Origin: Octopus vulgaris
Taxonomy: Eukaryota
DNA length: 64,000 nucleotides
Assembly (NCBI GenBank): GCA_951406725.2
Contig: OX597824.1
Location: forward strand, 3,782,001 to 3,846,000
Direction: 5' to 3'
Below are positions 12,151 through 25,886 of this stretch, one piece after another. How positions within the stretch are numbered: position 1 is the first letter of the stretch; each line of letters opens with the position of its first letter. The position numbers and the translations under genes were made by a program. The notes below the pieces were generated by a model. It did no database searches. It was not told where the DNA came from and saw only the letters and a list, made by a program, of their open reading frames with translations.

Positions 12151-12504
12151 ATATCAATATTCCGGAGACAGACAACCCAATTGCTGTTTTTATCTCATCT
12201 TTTAGTCAGGGGCAAAGGTAGTGTCTCTGACCCTTTACAGGGTCTCTAAGACTGGTGGAAAGGAGGTGGGAGAGAGGGAGAGAGAGATGGAGAAGGGAAG
12301 GTATTCTCAGACTAGAGACTAAGCCTGAATTCTTCCAACGGAATGGATTCGGCTAAAGGCATCCAAGGATCCATGTAGTGATGGTTTTAAACTGGTTTAA
12401 GTCTAAAATGGATTAAGTCTATCACCCTCGTGGGCCAGCTTGTGATTTGAACTCCAAAAACACAAAGAGTTGGAACAAATATCACAAGGTCCGATGTTCT
12501 TATA

Positions 12505-13482
12505 CAGGGTGTTTGGGCTAAGCTGGACGATTTTTATGTTTCCTTTTTTCAGGAATAGCTTGAAGAGTCAATGGCGTTGGAGAGCATAAAGATTAAAGTT
12601 GTAGTTGAGAAAGAGTTAGTTGACATGGAAAATTGGAAGCTGTCTGAGAACTGGGAAAGGGTTACCCATACCACGAGTAAAAATGCCGGTCAAACTAAAG
12701 AGTTTCACCTGAGCAAAAATAAAAAAGAAAAAAATAGTGTAATAGGTGTAAAACAACTTGCTGTAAACGAATACGAAAAAAATGCGCGCTCGTGAATGTG
12801 GGGTGGGGGAGAGGACTCGGAAAATTCACATTGTCAGACCTTGACCGTTAAACTCTAGTGTTTGACTCGAGCAAAAACAAAAAAAAATAGTGTAATAGGT
12901 GTAAAACAACATGTAGAAAACAAATATGAAAAAATGTACCAGTTATGCACTGCGGTCGATGTAATCGACTTAATCCCTTTGTCTGTCCTTGTTTATCCCC
13001 TCTATGTGGGCAACAAAGAAATAGAGAGGGTTGCTGCTGGAATGCCATATGTGTGGCAGCAGGATTCTTTGCCACACTTCAGGAAAGAATCAGAAGTGGT
13101 TGTCAGAGAATTTCTACAACTTAATCAGCCTCAATTTCTGGTCTCCTAATTAACTTCACCTGTAATCCCATGGATTATTATGTGTAGGGTGCAGCTGAGA
13201 AAGACACCAACTGTTCTGTGTGCAACACCAAGGCAGTGCCAACAGCCAAGATCAAAGAGGTGTTCAAAGATCTTCCCAAGGATACAATGAAGAATGCTTG
13301 CACCAAGTTCCAGAGCCATCTTGCTGGACACTGAGGATGGCTACTCCTCTGATTAAGCCGTTATCTCTCAGCCATAACCAAACGGACTTTTTTTTTTGTT
13401 TTAAATGCTTTAAATTTTGGATGGGATATTGAATTTTCTTTTCCTTTGATGCAATCTACCAGAATTAGTCTTGTACACCCTG
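12505..13482 (+). mobile_element. DD37D (maT-type) Tc1/mariner transposon, internally deleted
   Basis: Termini TA|CAGGGTGT...ACACCCTG; residual GMPYVWQQDS and NPMDYYV-type coding pieces at 13025-13330; its 5' end matches 61430-61582 in reverse. Confidence 0.75.
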
Positions 13483-13574
13483 CAGATCAGTCACACCACC
13501 ATTCTTGTTTGGTGCCTTTTTTTATCAACCCTGGAAGGACGACCAGGCGAATTTGAACTCTGCTTGTGAAGATC

Positions 13575-13970
13575 TGTTGAGGCAAGTGAAATCAAAATCA
13601 AAATCAATCAAAACATCAATGGAAATTGTAGTTGTGATACCAGTGCCGGTGGCACGGAAAAACAACCATCCAAATGTGGCCGTTGCCAGCGCCACCTCGA
13701 CTGGCCTCCGTGCTGGTGGTACGTAAAAAGCACCATCCGATCGTGGCCATTGCCAGCCTCGTCTCACACCTGTGCCAGTGGCACGTAAAAAGCACCCACT
13801 ACACTCTCGTAGTGGTTGGCGTTAGGAAGGGCATCCAGCTGTAGAAATATTGTCAGATCAGACTAGAGCCTGGTGCAGCCTCCATGGCTTCCCAGACCCT
13901 GGTCGAACCATCCAACCCATGCTAGCATGGAAAGCGGACGTTAAACGATGATGATGATGATGATGATGAT
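13575..13970 (+). mobile_element. RTE-type element 3' tail with (GAT)n
   Basis: GGTGGCACGTAAAAAGCACCCACTACACTC...GGAAGGGCATCCAGCTGTAG...CATGGAAAGCGGACGTTAAACGATGATGAT; about ten copies in the window. Confidence 0.8.
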
Positions 13971-15263
13971 GTGCACAGAGCCAAAACAAACAGTACAAAA
14001 CATTCCATTTGATTCTCTAATTACTCTTTTTATTTGATAAAATTTGTTTTAATGTTTTAATTTAATCATATTTTAATTAAAACCTCCCATCGTAATATTT
14101 AAGAACCTTTGGTAATGTTCCAGACTCCAACTTTATAAGTGTTTCTGATTTAGACAAAAGAATGGTAATTTCTAGCAGGGAAGTCATAGACTCTGTGTGT
14201 GTGTGTGTGTGAGTGTGTGTAAGTGCATGTGTGTGTGTGTGTGTGTGTGCGTGTGTGCGTGTGTGTGCATGCATGTGTGTGTTTGCTTGTGTTCTGTGTG
14301 TGTGAGTGCATGCATGCATGTGTGTGTGTGTGTTGTATATGTGTTCGTATGTTCATGTGTATGTGTGTGTGAGTGTGTATATGTTTGTTTGTGTGAGTGT
14401 GTGTATGTGTTGTTGTTGATGTTGATATCTAACCTCTGCAAACGGCAGCAAAAGCCGGCAGAGTCGTTAGCAGACTGCACAAAATGATTAGAAGCATTTT
14501 CTCTGCCTTGATGGTCTGAGTTCAAATTCCACCAGCATCAACTTTGCCCTTTATCCTTTCAAGGTCGAAAAAACGTGTACCAGTCATGCACTGGGGTTGA
14601 TATAATCAACTCCCACTCTCCTAAAATTGGTGACATTCTGCCAAAATTTGAAACCATTAAAATGGCAACAAGCTGGCAGAATCATTAGAATGCTTTATCA
14701 TCTTCATGTTCTGAGTTCAAATTCAACCAAGGTCGGTGTTGCCTTTCATTCTTTTGGGGGTCGATGAAATAAGTACCAGTTATACACTGGGACTGATGTA
14801 ACTGACACCCGCCCCTCCTCCAAAATTGCAGGTCTCATGTCTATAATAGAAAAGCTATTTAACCCCAGGTTATCTTTGATTAATCAGATCCATGATTAAA
14901 GGATCAAACACATTCTAACCACGACCATCTCACCTTTCAATACATAATTTACCCCATATTACTTTATCCAAAGCATTCTTGTTCCCTTTTTCACAAAGCT
15001 GGTAGAATGAGATCTTTGAGAGACTTTGCTGTTATTTCTAGCTGTCTCAATGTCCACGTAGAGCTTCCCACACAGAAATGTCCAAGAGGAGTGGAATCAA
15101 TAGCAGAGAGTAAGTTCTAAGACAGTGAATGTACTTCAACGATTTAATATGGCAAACACGAACATAGTTGAATGTGGTTTTATTAAATATTTTTGTCATA
15201 CTTAATTAACAGAACATTGTGGTTTATAAACAGGATGGGAGTTTATTGGTGCAACAGACTAAT

Positions 15264-15304
<41 letters not shown>

Positions 15305-15397
15305 CCTAGGTGTCATAAGGTTATCAGCTGGCTGTCTTTTATAGTAAACTGGAAGCTGAAGATGTAGAAATTATATGGGACTTTATTGGCAGGATAC

Positions 15398-15432
<35 letters not shown>

Positions 15433-16659
15433 CATGGGATTGGTTATTTGCAGTAGTGAGTGTATAAGAGAGGAGATGATGCTGAAGTGGACATTGGATG
15501 TGTACGAAGGGTGGAAGGTTGAATGAAGGAGAGAAACGGTAGACGACTGGAAGAGGAAAACTAAAGAAAACCTAGAAAGAGGTGAGCAAAGATGCTAAAA
15601 GCTCACAAGGGAGATGATACGAGGTGGGGGGGGGCTGCAGCAAGGGCTGGGACATGATGGAACGGATTCATCCAATCCATACAAGAATCAGGGGCAGGGG
15701 GGGGGGAGACCCTTAAAAGAAAAATAGGGCTGACTTAAAGCTGTTGCTAACTATGATGACAACAGGGTTCTGTCCTGTTTCTGTCGACCCCTTTTCATTC
15801 ACAAAGGGACAGAAGAATTCATAGAAGTGGTGCAGTAGAGACTATTTATAAGGTTTTGGTCTCTCACTCTCTCTCTTTCTTTCTCTTTTTAACGCACACA
15901 AACTCTCTCTCTCTCTCTCTCATTCTCTATTCCCCCCCACTTATCCCTATGTTCAAAATTCAAAGCCTTTTGGACACCAATTCTTTTGACTCTTCAATAA
16001 TGGTTCCTACCAAATTTAGCCACGTGTTCATTGCAAAGGAAATTTAAATTCTTTATTGGATGGCTGTATGCTTAAGAAGTTTGCTTCACAATCCTGTGGC
16101 TTCAGGTTCAATCCCATGTCACAGCACCTTCTGTTATAACCCTGGGTCAACAAATATCTTATGAGTGAACTTGGCAAACAGAAACTGTGTTGAAGCCTGT
16201 TGTATTCATTTTAAGTTGTTTTTGTTCTGTGCTTTATGTCCATTTTTTTATATGAGCATGGGTTAGCTGAATCCATATAACTGCGGCACTGATTCATCTT
16301 TATCTCTTAATTCTTGCTTGTTCCAGTCATTGGACTGTGGCCATGCTGGAGCACTGCCTTAAAGGGTTTAGTCAAACATATCAACCTCAGTAAATATTTT
16401 TTTAAAGATTGGTGCTCTCTTCTGCCAGTCTCTTTTGCTGAAGCTGCAAAGATAGAACATAAACAAACCAACACCAGCTGTTAAGCAATGTGGAGGGGAT
16501 GGACACATGCATACCCACATGCACACACACACAATAGGCTTCATTCAGTTTCTGTCTCCCACTTCTATTTACAAAGCTTTCATCCAAGGTGCCACACACT
16601 GAGATTGAACCTAGAACCATGTGGTTGGGAAGCTAGCTTCTTACCACACAGCTACACAT

Positions 16660-17115
16660 ATGTGTGTGTGTGTGTGTGCGCGCACGAATGTGTGTGTGTA
16701 TGCGTGCGAGTGTGTGTGTATGTGTGTGTGCGCGCAAATATGTGTGTGTATGCGTGCGAGTGTGTGTGTGTGCATGCGAGTGTGTGTGTGTGTGCGTGCG
16801 AGTGTGTGTGTGTATGTGTGTGTGCGCGCAAATATGTGTGTGTATGCGTGCGAGTGTGTGTGTGTGCATGCGAGTGTGTGAGTATGTGTGCGAATGTGTG
16901 TGTGTGTGAGTGTGTGCGAGTGTGTGATTATGTGTGCGAATGTGTGTGTGTGTGAGTATGTGTGCGAATGTGTGTGTGAGTATGTGTGCGAATGTGTGTG
17001 TGTGTGAGTATGTGTGCGAATGTGTGTGTGAGTATGTGTGCGAATGTGTGTGTGTGTGTGTGTGAGTATGTGTGTATGTGCGTATGTGAGTGTGTGTGCG
17101 TATGTGTGTGTGTGT
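16660..17115. repeat. Compound (TG)n minisatellite
   Basis: TG runs with recurring GCGAG/GCGAA/GCGCAAATA interruptions. Confidence 0.9.
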
Positions 17116-17733
17116 ATTTTTGACTGGCAGTCAGTTGATTTATGTATGTCCCTATAACTTAGCAGTTTAGCAAACTGCAACCCTGGAAAAAATACCAAAG
17201 CCTGATCAAAAAACAAGTGGAATTTATAAATAAATACTCAAAATATCAAATGAGTAAGATGACATGACAGACTGAATCTCAAGGCAGTGCTCCAGCATGG
17301 ACACAGTCTAGCAGTATAACAGAGTAAACTGAATACAAGAATAAAGAATTGGTTCTTCCAAACCAATAATTCAAATGGTTTTGGTATTTTCTTTAAAGAC
17401 AGGACAATAACAAGCATGCGATTGTTGGACCTTTTGTTATTAAGAAAGAACTCGTAATTAAATATAAGATTTCTTCAGCAGAAAAACCCTAAAAAAAAAA
17501 CCAAAGAACTGAAATAAAAAAAAATAAAACCAACAAAAACAAAAACAAAGAGAAAATCAAAATTACTTAATTATTCTAAAAAGCCTTTTGAATATATTTA
17601 TTTAATTATATTTTAAAAATATTTTTTTAACATTTGAAAAAAAATTTTTTGTCTTAAAACTTTATTTTCACAGCAGGTTTCTTAATGTGGTAGACATTTT
17701 CCTTCTGACAAATAACAAAATACCAGTATATAC

Positions 17734-17768
<35 letters not shown>

Positions 17769-19289
17769 GTGCATGTGTGTGTATGTGCGTGTGCGTGTGC
17801 GTGTGTGTGTGTGTTTTATATGTATGTATGCATATTTATATGCACACATATACACACATATATGTACATATGCATGTGTGTGTGTATGAATATGTGTATG
17901 TATGCATGTATATGTAAATCAATGTGTATATATGTATATGCATAAAATATATACATGCACACACACACATACACACATACACATATATATATATACATAC
18001 ATACATACACACATACACATACACATACACACACATACACACATACACATACACACACACACACACATACACATATATACACACACACACACACATACAC
18101 ACACATACACATATATACACACACATACACACATACACACACATACACACACATACACATACACACATACACACACATACACATATATACACACACATAC
18201 ACACACATACACACACACACACACGTATATCATCTAATGTATACAATATAAACAAAATAACAAGTTAAAAGAGGAAATAAAAGGAGAAAAATATAAAGCA
18301 ATGAAAAAGAAAGACAAACAATCAAAAGAAGGAAGAATGAGTGAAAGAATATGAAAGAAGAAGAAGAAAAGTTTCCTCATATCTAGGATTATTTCAGTGA
18401 ACGATAATCAACTGACTGAACACTATTTTATCAGTTTTGCAGACATCTTCGCATAATACCTGAAGCATTTCGTTGTCAAACAGATTAGAAAAGAATTTGT
18501 AATTTAAAAAGAATACATTGAAAAAAAAACCCCCCAAAAAACAAAAAAAAAACAAACAAACTCAACAACAATAATTCAGTTCTTGTTTTTTTTTTATTAT
18601 TTTGTTGGTTATCTTTTGTTCTTTTCATTATTTTTTTCATTTTATTTTACTTTATTTCGAAAAACCCTCCCAACCCACCCCTTCCACCGAAAAGTCCCGG
18701 AAAGGAAATTTTTGAAAACACAAAATAAACCCCCAAAATACAAATATAAATAAAACAAAAAATAAGACGTAATAAAATTTTGTTGTTTTAGGTATTTTTG
18801 TTTAGAATTAATAGTTTTCGGTTAAGTGATGGCAGTAATATTGCTTCCGTGGACGTCTTTGGAAAATATTGCAAAAGGGTAGAAGCAGTTAAGAATGGTT
18901 TCTGCTTTCCTTTGTTCTTTTTTTCTGTCTGTTTTGTTGCTGTTTTTGTTTCTTTTGCACGTGGGTAAGTGTAAGTTTTCAAACCTGTTTATGGACATAA
19001 ATGATGCAACAATCAGAACCGCATTGGCACCGGGTAAAAGAAACGGTAACAACAACAACAACAACAGCAAAAGCAGAAGGAGCAAGAAAAACAGAAAGTG
19101 ACAAATAGAACAAAAATATAAATAACTAAAAAAAAAGTAAGAAGAAATAAAAACCAAAAAAAAAAAATAGATGAAGTAAAATTATGATTATGAAATTTAA
19201 GACAATAAAATGGGAAAATTTAAGACGGAAGTGTGCCAAAGGCATAGATACTGCTGTATCCAGGCAGAATGTTAGTGGTTCTAACGATG

Positions 19290-19431
19290 CTGCTGATGAT
19301 GATGACGACAATGATGATGACAGCAGCGGTGGTGATGGTGGTGGTGGTGATGGATGATGATGATGATGATGATGTAGATAGTGGTGATGGTGGCCATGAT
19401 GATAATGCTGCTGCCGCAGGTAGTGGTGGTG

Positions 19432-19508
<77 letters not shown>

Positions 19509-19790
19509 GTTGGTGGTTGTGGTGTTGATGATGATGATGATGATGACAATGATAAAGAGAATGGGAGTGGCAATGGTGCTGATGATGGTAGTGGGTGAAA
19601 GACTGTAGGTAGTAGTAGTAGTGGTGGTGGTGGTGATGGTGGTAGTGGTGGTAGTAGTAGTAGTAGTAGTAGTATTGGTAGTGGTGATGTATATGATGGT
19701 ACTGAATGTTATAGAGTCAGGGGTGGGGGTGAGCAATAAAAGTGGTGGTGGTGGTGGTGGTGGTGGTGGTGCATGGTGGTGGTGGTGATG
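19290..19790. repeat. Compound trinucleotide tract (GAT/GGT/GTA)
   Basis: Directly visible; source of the poly-D, poly-M and poly-V ORFs. Confidence 0.9.
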
Positions 19791-20184
19791 GTATGGAAGT
19801 GGAGAGTGGAGGAGTAAAACGATAATCAGAACATTCTCTCACAGAAATCCTCAATGAAGGAGATACTGTACAATCAATCAGGCTGCTAGAAATATCAGCT
19901 AAGTCTTCCTCAAATAACACCCAACCATCTTAAAAAGAGGGATACATTATGTCTGAAACATAAAGTCACAACGAAGGATTTAGCAGAATTGGTTAAACCA
20001 GGCAAGGTGCTTGGTAGTAGTGAGAGAGGGACCCTTACATTCTGGATTCAAATTCCATCAAGACTGATTTGGGGCTTTTATACCTCTGGGTTGATAAAAA
20101 AAAAAAAAAAAAATAATAATAATAATAATAATTTTAGGTATGATTAAAAGGGATAATAATAATAATAATAATAATAATAATGTA

Positions 20185-20283
<99 letters not shown>

Positions 20284-21149
20284 TTGATAATGATAATAAT
20301 AATAATAATGATAACTATTACTACCCATGTATTTTAATTTAACTTTAAAAAAAAAAATATGAACGAACTAGTGAGTTTAGTTTAATGGCCTACCAATGTA
20401 TACTATGAGTTTCTTTGCCCTAGGTGTCAGGAAGACACTCGGCAAGAAATGGAAGCAAATTTGAAAGAAGAAGAAAAAAAGATAACATAATAATAATAAT
20501 GATAATAATAATAATAACAACAACAACAATAATAATATTATAATGAACTTACTGTATTATATTACATGTCAGAAAAGAGTAAAAGAAGTCAGAGAAAGCA
20601 GAACTTGTATAATGTGTTAGGTTTTCATTTAAGTTGATGTTAAAAGCGATGAAACTGGCAGAAATGGTTTGCACACTGGGCGAAAGGATTAGCAGTATTT
20701 TGTCTGCTGTTATGTTCTGAGTTCAAATTCCACCAAGGTTGACTTTGCCTTTCATCCTTTCAAGATTGATGAAATAAGTACCAGTTGTCTCACTGGGATC
20801 AATATAATTGACTAGCCCCCTTCCCCCAAAAAATTTTCAAGGCCTTGTCCCCAGAGTAGAAATAATTATTAAATTGATGTCTGGAACATAACTGAAAGAA
20901 AGGTTCTTATATGAAAAGACTTTGGAAGGTTAATTGAAAGAAAAATACATGGAACCAGGAATTTTTGTGTTATAAATGAAAGGAGGGGAGGAAAGAGTCT
21001 CTGAGGAATTGGTATCTTTCGGGTTAAAGGGTTTGATTTAGAGGAAGACTCTCCAGAGACCCTTCAAGGCCGAAAGGGTTGATACAGTTGCTGCTTTGCT
21101 TGAAGGCAGACGCAGGGAAATCACCAGAAGGGTGGAAATCCCCGGGAAC

Positions 21150-21369
21150 TTACTCTTTACCTTTTACTCTTTTACTTGTTTCAGTCATTTGACTGCGGCC
21201 ATGCTGGAGCACCACATTTAGTCGAGCAAATCGACCCCAGGACTTATTCTTTGTAAGCCTAGTACTTATTCTATCGGTCTCTTTTGCTGAACCACTAAGT
21301 TATGGGGACGTAAACACACCAACATCGGTTTTCAAGCAACGTTGGGGGGACAAACACAGACACACAAAC

Positions 21370-21439
<70 letters not shown>

Positions 21440-21594
21440 TCTTTCAGTTTCCGTCTACCAAATCCACTCACAAGGCTTTGGTCAGCCCAAGGCTATAGTA
21501 GAAGACACTTGCCCAAGGTGCCACAAAGTGGGACTGAACCCGGAACCATATGGTTGGTAAGCAAGCTACTTACCACACAGCCACTCCTGCGCCT
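21150..21594 (-). mobile_element. SINE family A, full length
   Basis: Ends CCACACAGCCACTCCTGCGCC on plus (tRNA-like head on minus); internal (CA)n. Confidence 0.9.
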
Positions 21595-22536
21595 ATACCA
21601 AGATGGAAGAAGCAGAGGAAAGTGGTGAGTGCAGAACCCAGAAAAAGGACCCTAAATGACAAGAACAAGGAATTAGCAGACAACATTGTAAGGAATGTTG
21701 TACAGTGATTCCAAAGACTCAGACTTTGATGACGCCACAGTGCTAATTGCACAAAGTTCAGACCATTGTTTGCAGTAATAGCAATCAGCATATTTATCCT
21801 GTTTTTAATGAACCCAAAGCACTAATCAATAATTTTAATTGCTTATTTTTTTTTTATCCGAGATAAAAAAGATAAAATCTGAGAGTAATTACACGAAGAA
21901 TAACATTGCTGAGATTGGTAAAGATAGGAATCTGCTTTGACTCAACAGTTCTGGTTCTGTTATCAATCTTCACATAATAATTTATGCAGTGATTCTGTTA
22001 GTTCTGAAGAATTTTGCTACCAAAGTATCTTTGACTGGTTACATCCCTGGCTTTTGCTCTTCTTCTCTATGTTTGGCTCTTTTGACCATTTCCATTTTTT
22101 TTTTCTTTTCCATGAAAATGGTTCGTGCTTTTCTTTCGCCTTGATGTTGTTGCTGTTGTTGTTTAACCCTGGGTCAGCTACCATCAAGCAGACCTATGAT
22201 AGAAACCTTTCCAGCCTCAGCAATCCCATCATTTTATATATTTAAGATCTACATTGTCTGAGATTTTTGCTTGTTTAAGATGGTCAGAGGGTGTGTATGT
22301 GATCTGAAGGAGATTTGGCTTCTATTTCTGATAGGTCAAACAACTGCATTGAACAGGCACGAGCAAACCTTTATAAGAATTAGAATGCATGAGCCAAGGC
22401 TCATCTCTAGACAGGGCTGTGCATCTAAACAACTCAAGCTAACATTTTGGGGGTAAGCATGCCATTCAGAAAAGGCCATGGGCTGCTCTTTGCCCATGAC
22501 GCTCATAGAAGTTTCTTTGTATTGCTGTTGTTGTTG

Positions 22537-22569
<33 letters not shown>

Positions 22570-22799
22570 TTGATATGTTGCTTTGGTTTGCAAATGTATT
22601 TGATTGATCAGATCAATAAAATACAGGTAATTAGTTTGAACAACAAGGTGCAATAAAGATGGAAACTTTACAAAACTATTACAGGGATTCATGATTTAGT
22701 ATTAAATAATGGATGTCTTTTTTTTGTGAAGATGGGGTGTGATTTCAATTCTCATCAGTCAAGCAACAATATAGACTCTCATGTGGCGGTTCATTGTGT

Positions 22800-22949
22800 A
22801 AAGCAGTTTGTGAATGTGCAACATGTGGTGATCTAAAAGGCAGTCTATGAATGTGTAACATGTGGTGATCTAAAAGGCAGTTTGTGAATGTGTAACATGT
22901 GGTGATCTAAAAGGCAGTTTGTGAATGCATAACATGTAGTGATCCAAAG
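22800..22949. repeat. 37-bp minisatellite, 4 copies
   Basis: Unit GCAGTTTGTGAATGTGTAACATGTGGTGATCTAAAAG; GCAG at 22803, 22840, 22877 and 22914. Confidence 0.9.
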
Positions 22950-23000
22950 TAGTTTGGATGGGCTATGCGAAACTGGTGCAGGAAACAGCCATGAACTCAC

Positions 23001-23064
23001 ATTATTTGCTGGGTCTTTGCAGTCACAGCATATCTCCAGAGGTCTCAGTCTTTCATCATTGCCT
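23001..23064 (-). CDS. Candidate internal exon (64 nt) of unknown minus-strand gene
   Basis: tgcctcacag|A GGC AAT GAT...AAT AAT|gtgagt; only one frame is open (xGNDERLRPLEICCDCKDPANN), phase 2 to phase 0. Confidence 0.5.
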
Positions 23065-23520
23065 CTGTGAGGCATATATATATATATATGTATATGTACA
23101 TATATATATATATATATATATATAAGGTTCAGTTTTCGATCCTACACAGCTCAATGTAATGTATCATAAGTTGATGAATGATATTATTTTCTTTTCTCAA
23201 GCTTGACTTTCAGTCTAAGAGCTGCACAGACAATCAGAGCAGCTTAATTGATTTTTGTTTTCAGAATTTCATTTTAGTGGACTTTTATAGGTTATGAAAT
23301 ATCTAATTGTCTTACTGGATTAAAATGACTGATGAAATACTGTCTCTGTAAACTAAGGAATTCCACATAGAATTCATGAGATAATCAAATAAGTTATTGC
23401 CAAGACTGTGGCTGATATCATCTTGTATTCAATCTGATAATATTTATTAAATTAACATGCTAAAGCTAAAATTTGCTGGTGTAAAAAAAGATCTGTCATA
23501 CTGTGGAAAAAAGATGATGA

Positions 23521-23556
<36 letters not shown>

Positions 23557-23630
23557 AGAGAGAGAGGAAGAGAGAGAGAGAGAGGGAGAGAGAGAGAGAG
23601 AAACAGAGAGAGAGAGAAACAGAGAGAAAA

Positions 23631-23671
<41 letters not shown>

Positions 23672-24264
23672 AAGTGAGAGAGAGATTGAAATGAACACTA
23701 CTGACACATGCATGCATCTATATGCACACATACGCCGATGATATTCAGTTGTGTGTATGTGTATGAAAGAGAGAGTGGTGGTGTGCATGTGTGTATATGC
23801 ACATGTCATTATCATTCGTGTGTGTGTGTGTGCACGTGGAAGTTTCCCATGACAAATGATGAAACGGAAGCTTATAGGGAAAGAATGAGAATTGTTAATC
23901 CGGAAAGAAGGCAAAATGATGAAGAAGATGATAGGCAAGAATATTTTGCGAAAGCCAGAATGAGAAAACTTGCTGGAAGAGAAAACATGACTGCAGAGAA
24001 TTGGCAAGGTCTTCTAGAAATTAATCAAAGAATTTTGAAGAAAATGGCCAGAAATTATCATTATGAAGTAGGGAGATGTTTATGGCTGATACTGTATTAC
24101 AAAATGGGTTGTGGAACGTCCATGGCTTCCCCTGGACTTGTATTAAATCTGATAGTTCTTAATCTGTTAATATCTTGTGTTTTCTTAATACTGTAAAATA
24201 TCTGGATGAAGTTAGTATATTAATATTTGTAAATCTCAAGGAGAGATATTCAGCAACAGTACTT

Positions 24265-24715
24265 TGGAGTAAAGATTGTTTGCCGACATAACATGGCAGT
24301 CCTGGTTTAGGACGGATGTTGCTGTAATTTAGCCCCAGGAGACATTGTCTCCAGTTGGCTATATGACATGATCTGTGTCCTTATATTTTCAAACAAGGGA
24401 ATCTAGTACCCCCACTCAGCTCAAAACAATATCTGTGTATCGCGATTTCCAGGTTATTTCCCTTCATCAGCACAGAATAATTGTTCGGTTAGAGATGGCA
24501 CTGTCAAATTCCCATTCGAAATATATAGTTTTCAAAGTGACAACTAGTCACTGATGTATAAATTAGAAAATTACTAGATTCCCTTGTTCGAAAATATAGG
24601 GACACAGGTTATGTTGTATAGCCAGCTGGAGACGATGTCTCCTGGGGCTAAATTACAGCAACATTCGTCCTAAACCAGGACTGCCATGTTATGTTGGCAA
24701 ACAATCTTTACTCCA
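24265..24715. mobile_element. Fold-back element: 144-bp inverted arms around a 163-bp spacer carrying a hammerhead motif
   Basis: 24265-24408 is the reverse complement of 24572-24715 with 10 mismatches, all transitions. Confidence 0.9.
24432..24476 (-). ncRNA. Minimal type I hammerhead ribozyme motif (Penelope-like)
   Basis: Minus strand: UCUGUG CUGAUGA AGG-GAAAUAA-CCU G GAA AUCGCGAU A CACAGA. It has a 6-bp stem I, an exact CUGAUGA core, a 3-bp stem II, GAAA, a palindromic stem III and an AUA cleavage triplet; one extra G precedes GAAA. Confidence 0.7.
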
Positions 24716-25500
24716 TTTGGATAAACATTTAGATTTGCTGCTGAATTTCAATGAACTAATGTGGATTGTTACAAGCTGCAGAGAAGGCAATCCATCTAGG
24801 AGAGCAGTAACTCTGAAAAAATCTGATACAAAATAGATATAATGATAATTTAGTCCTAGCAGACATTTCCTTACATACTAGAGACATGATAGAATGTACC
24901 TATACCATAAAGTGGTTGGCAACAGGAATTGTATTCCAGCTGTAAAATCTATTATAAAAATAGAAGCAAAGCAAACAAGTGATACACAACAAAGGAGACT
25001 GGCAGTTCCATCTTTATTGGATGTATCAGATGATAAAGGATTGCAACAGATCTGACCAGGCTAAGCCAAGCCAGTATTGGAAAACTGATATAAATGATGA
25101 TGATGATGATGGTGATGACTTTGAAGTCAATAAAATTTACTACTGGATACAATATCAGCTTGTCTAAATGAGAGAAAAATAACTCTGGTTTATGAATTCT
25201 AGACTTTGTTTCATTAGGGAATCTTTATTCATAGTCTAACTCCAGACTGGATATGTGAAATTCTTTATTTGTTGGTGATAGTAGGTCAAACATGAATAAA
25301 TAACGAAATCAGGGTGGTGCTCTTCATCTTACGTTTATTATGCGCAGTCAGGAGAATACCACAGATTACAACACTGGCATTTTATTGATCAGGGGATTAG
25401 ATATTAGATTTTATTAGTGATACAGAAATGTCTTTCATGGCATTGATCTACTTGCTGTTTCTAACCTACTTTAGATTAAAGGATGACCAACGCCGCTTAC

Positions 25501-25596
25501 GTTGGATACAGCAGCATCTTTGAAATGCAGGACCACAAGAGGGTTTGCTGCTTCTTGACTCCAACATTCAAGAAAACTCTTACGGTTGATCTTAAG
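25501..25596 (-). CDS. Candidate internal exon (96 nt) of unknown minus-strand gene
   Basis: tttaattacatctcatcactcaag|CTTAAG...TCCAAC|gtaagc. Two frames are open: LKINRKSFLECWSQEAANPLVVLHFKDAAVSN, or xLRSTVRVFLNVGVKKQQTLLWSCISKMLLYP(T), which is phase-compatible with 23064-23001. The acceptor is a weaker AAG. Confidence 0.45.
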
Positions 25597-25886
25597 CTTG
25601 AGTGATGAGATGTAATTAAAAACCTCACTAATTGCTTGTTTCTTTGTGGTTTTTCTATACTTTTGTTGTTGTTTTTGTTGTTTCATCTCTGATTCTTCAT
25701 AATTGAGTCGGCCTAGGATTCAAGGAGTTTTCAGCTGTGGTCATCCCTCATTCCATCATCTTGTTTAATGCATCCTAAGAAGCTTCACTTTGCAATCATG
25801 TGGTTCAGGTTCAGTCCCACTGCACAGCACCTTGGGCAAGTGTCTTCTATTATAGCCCTGGACTGACCAATGTATATATATATTTG

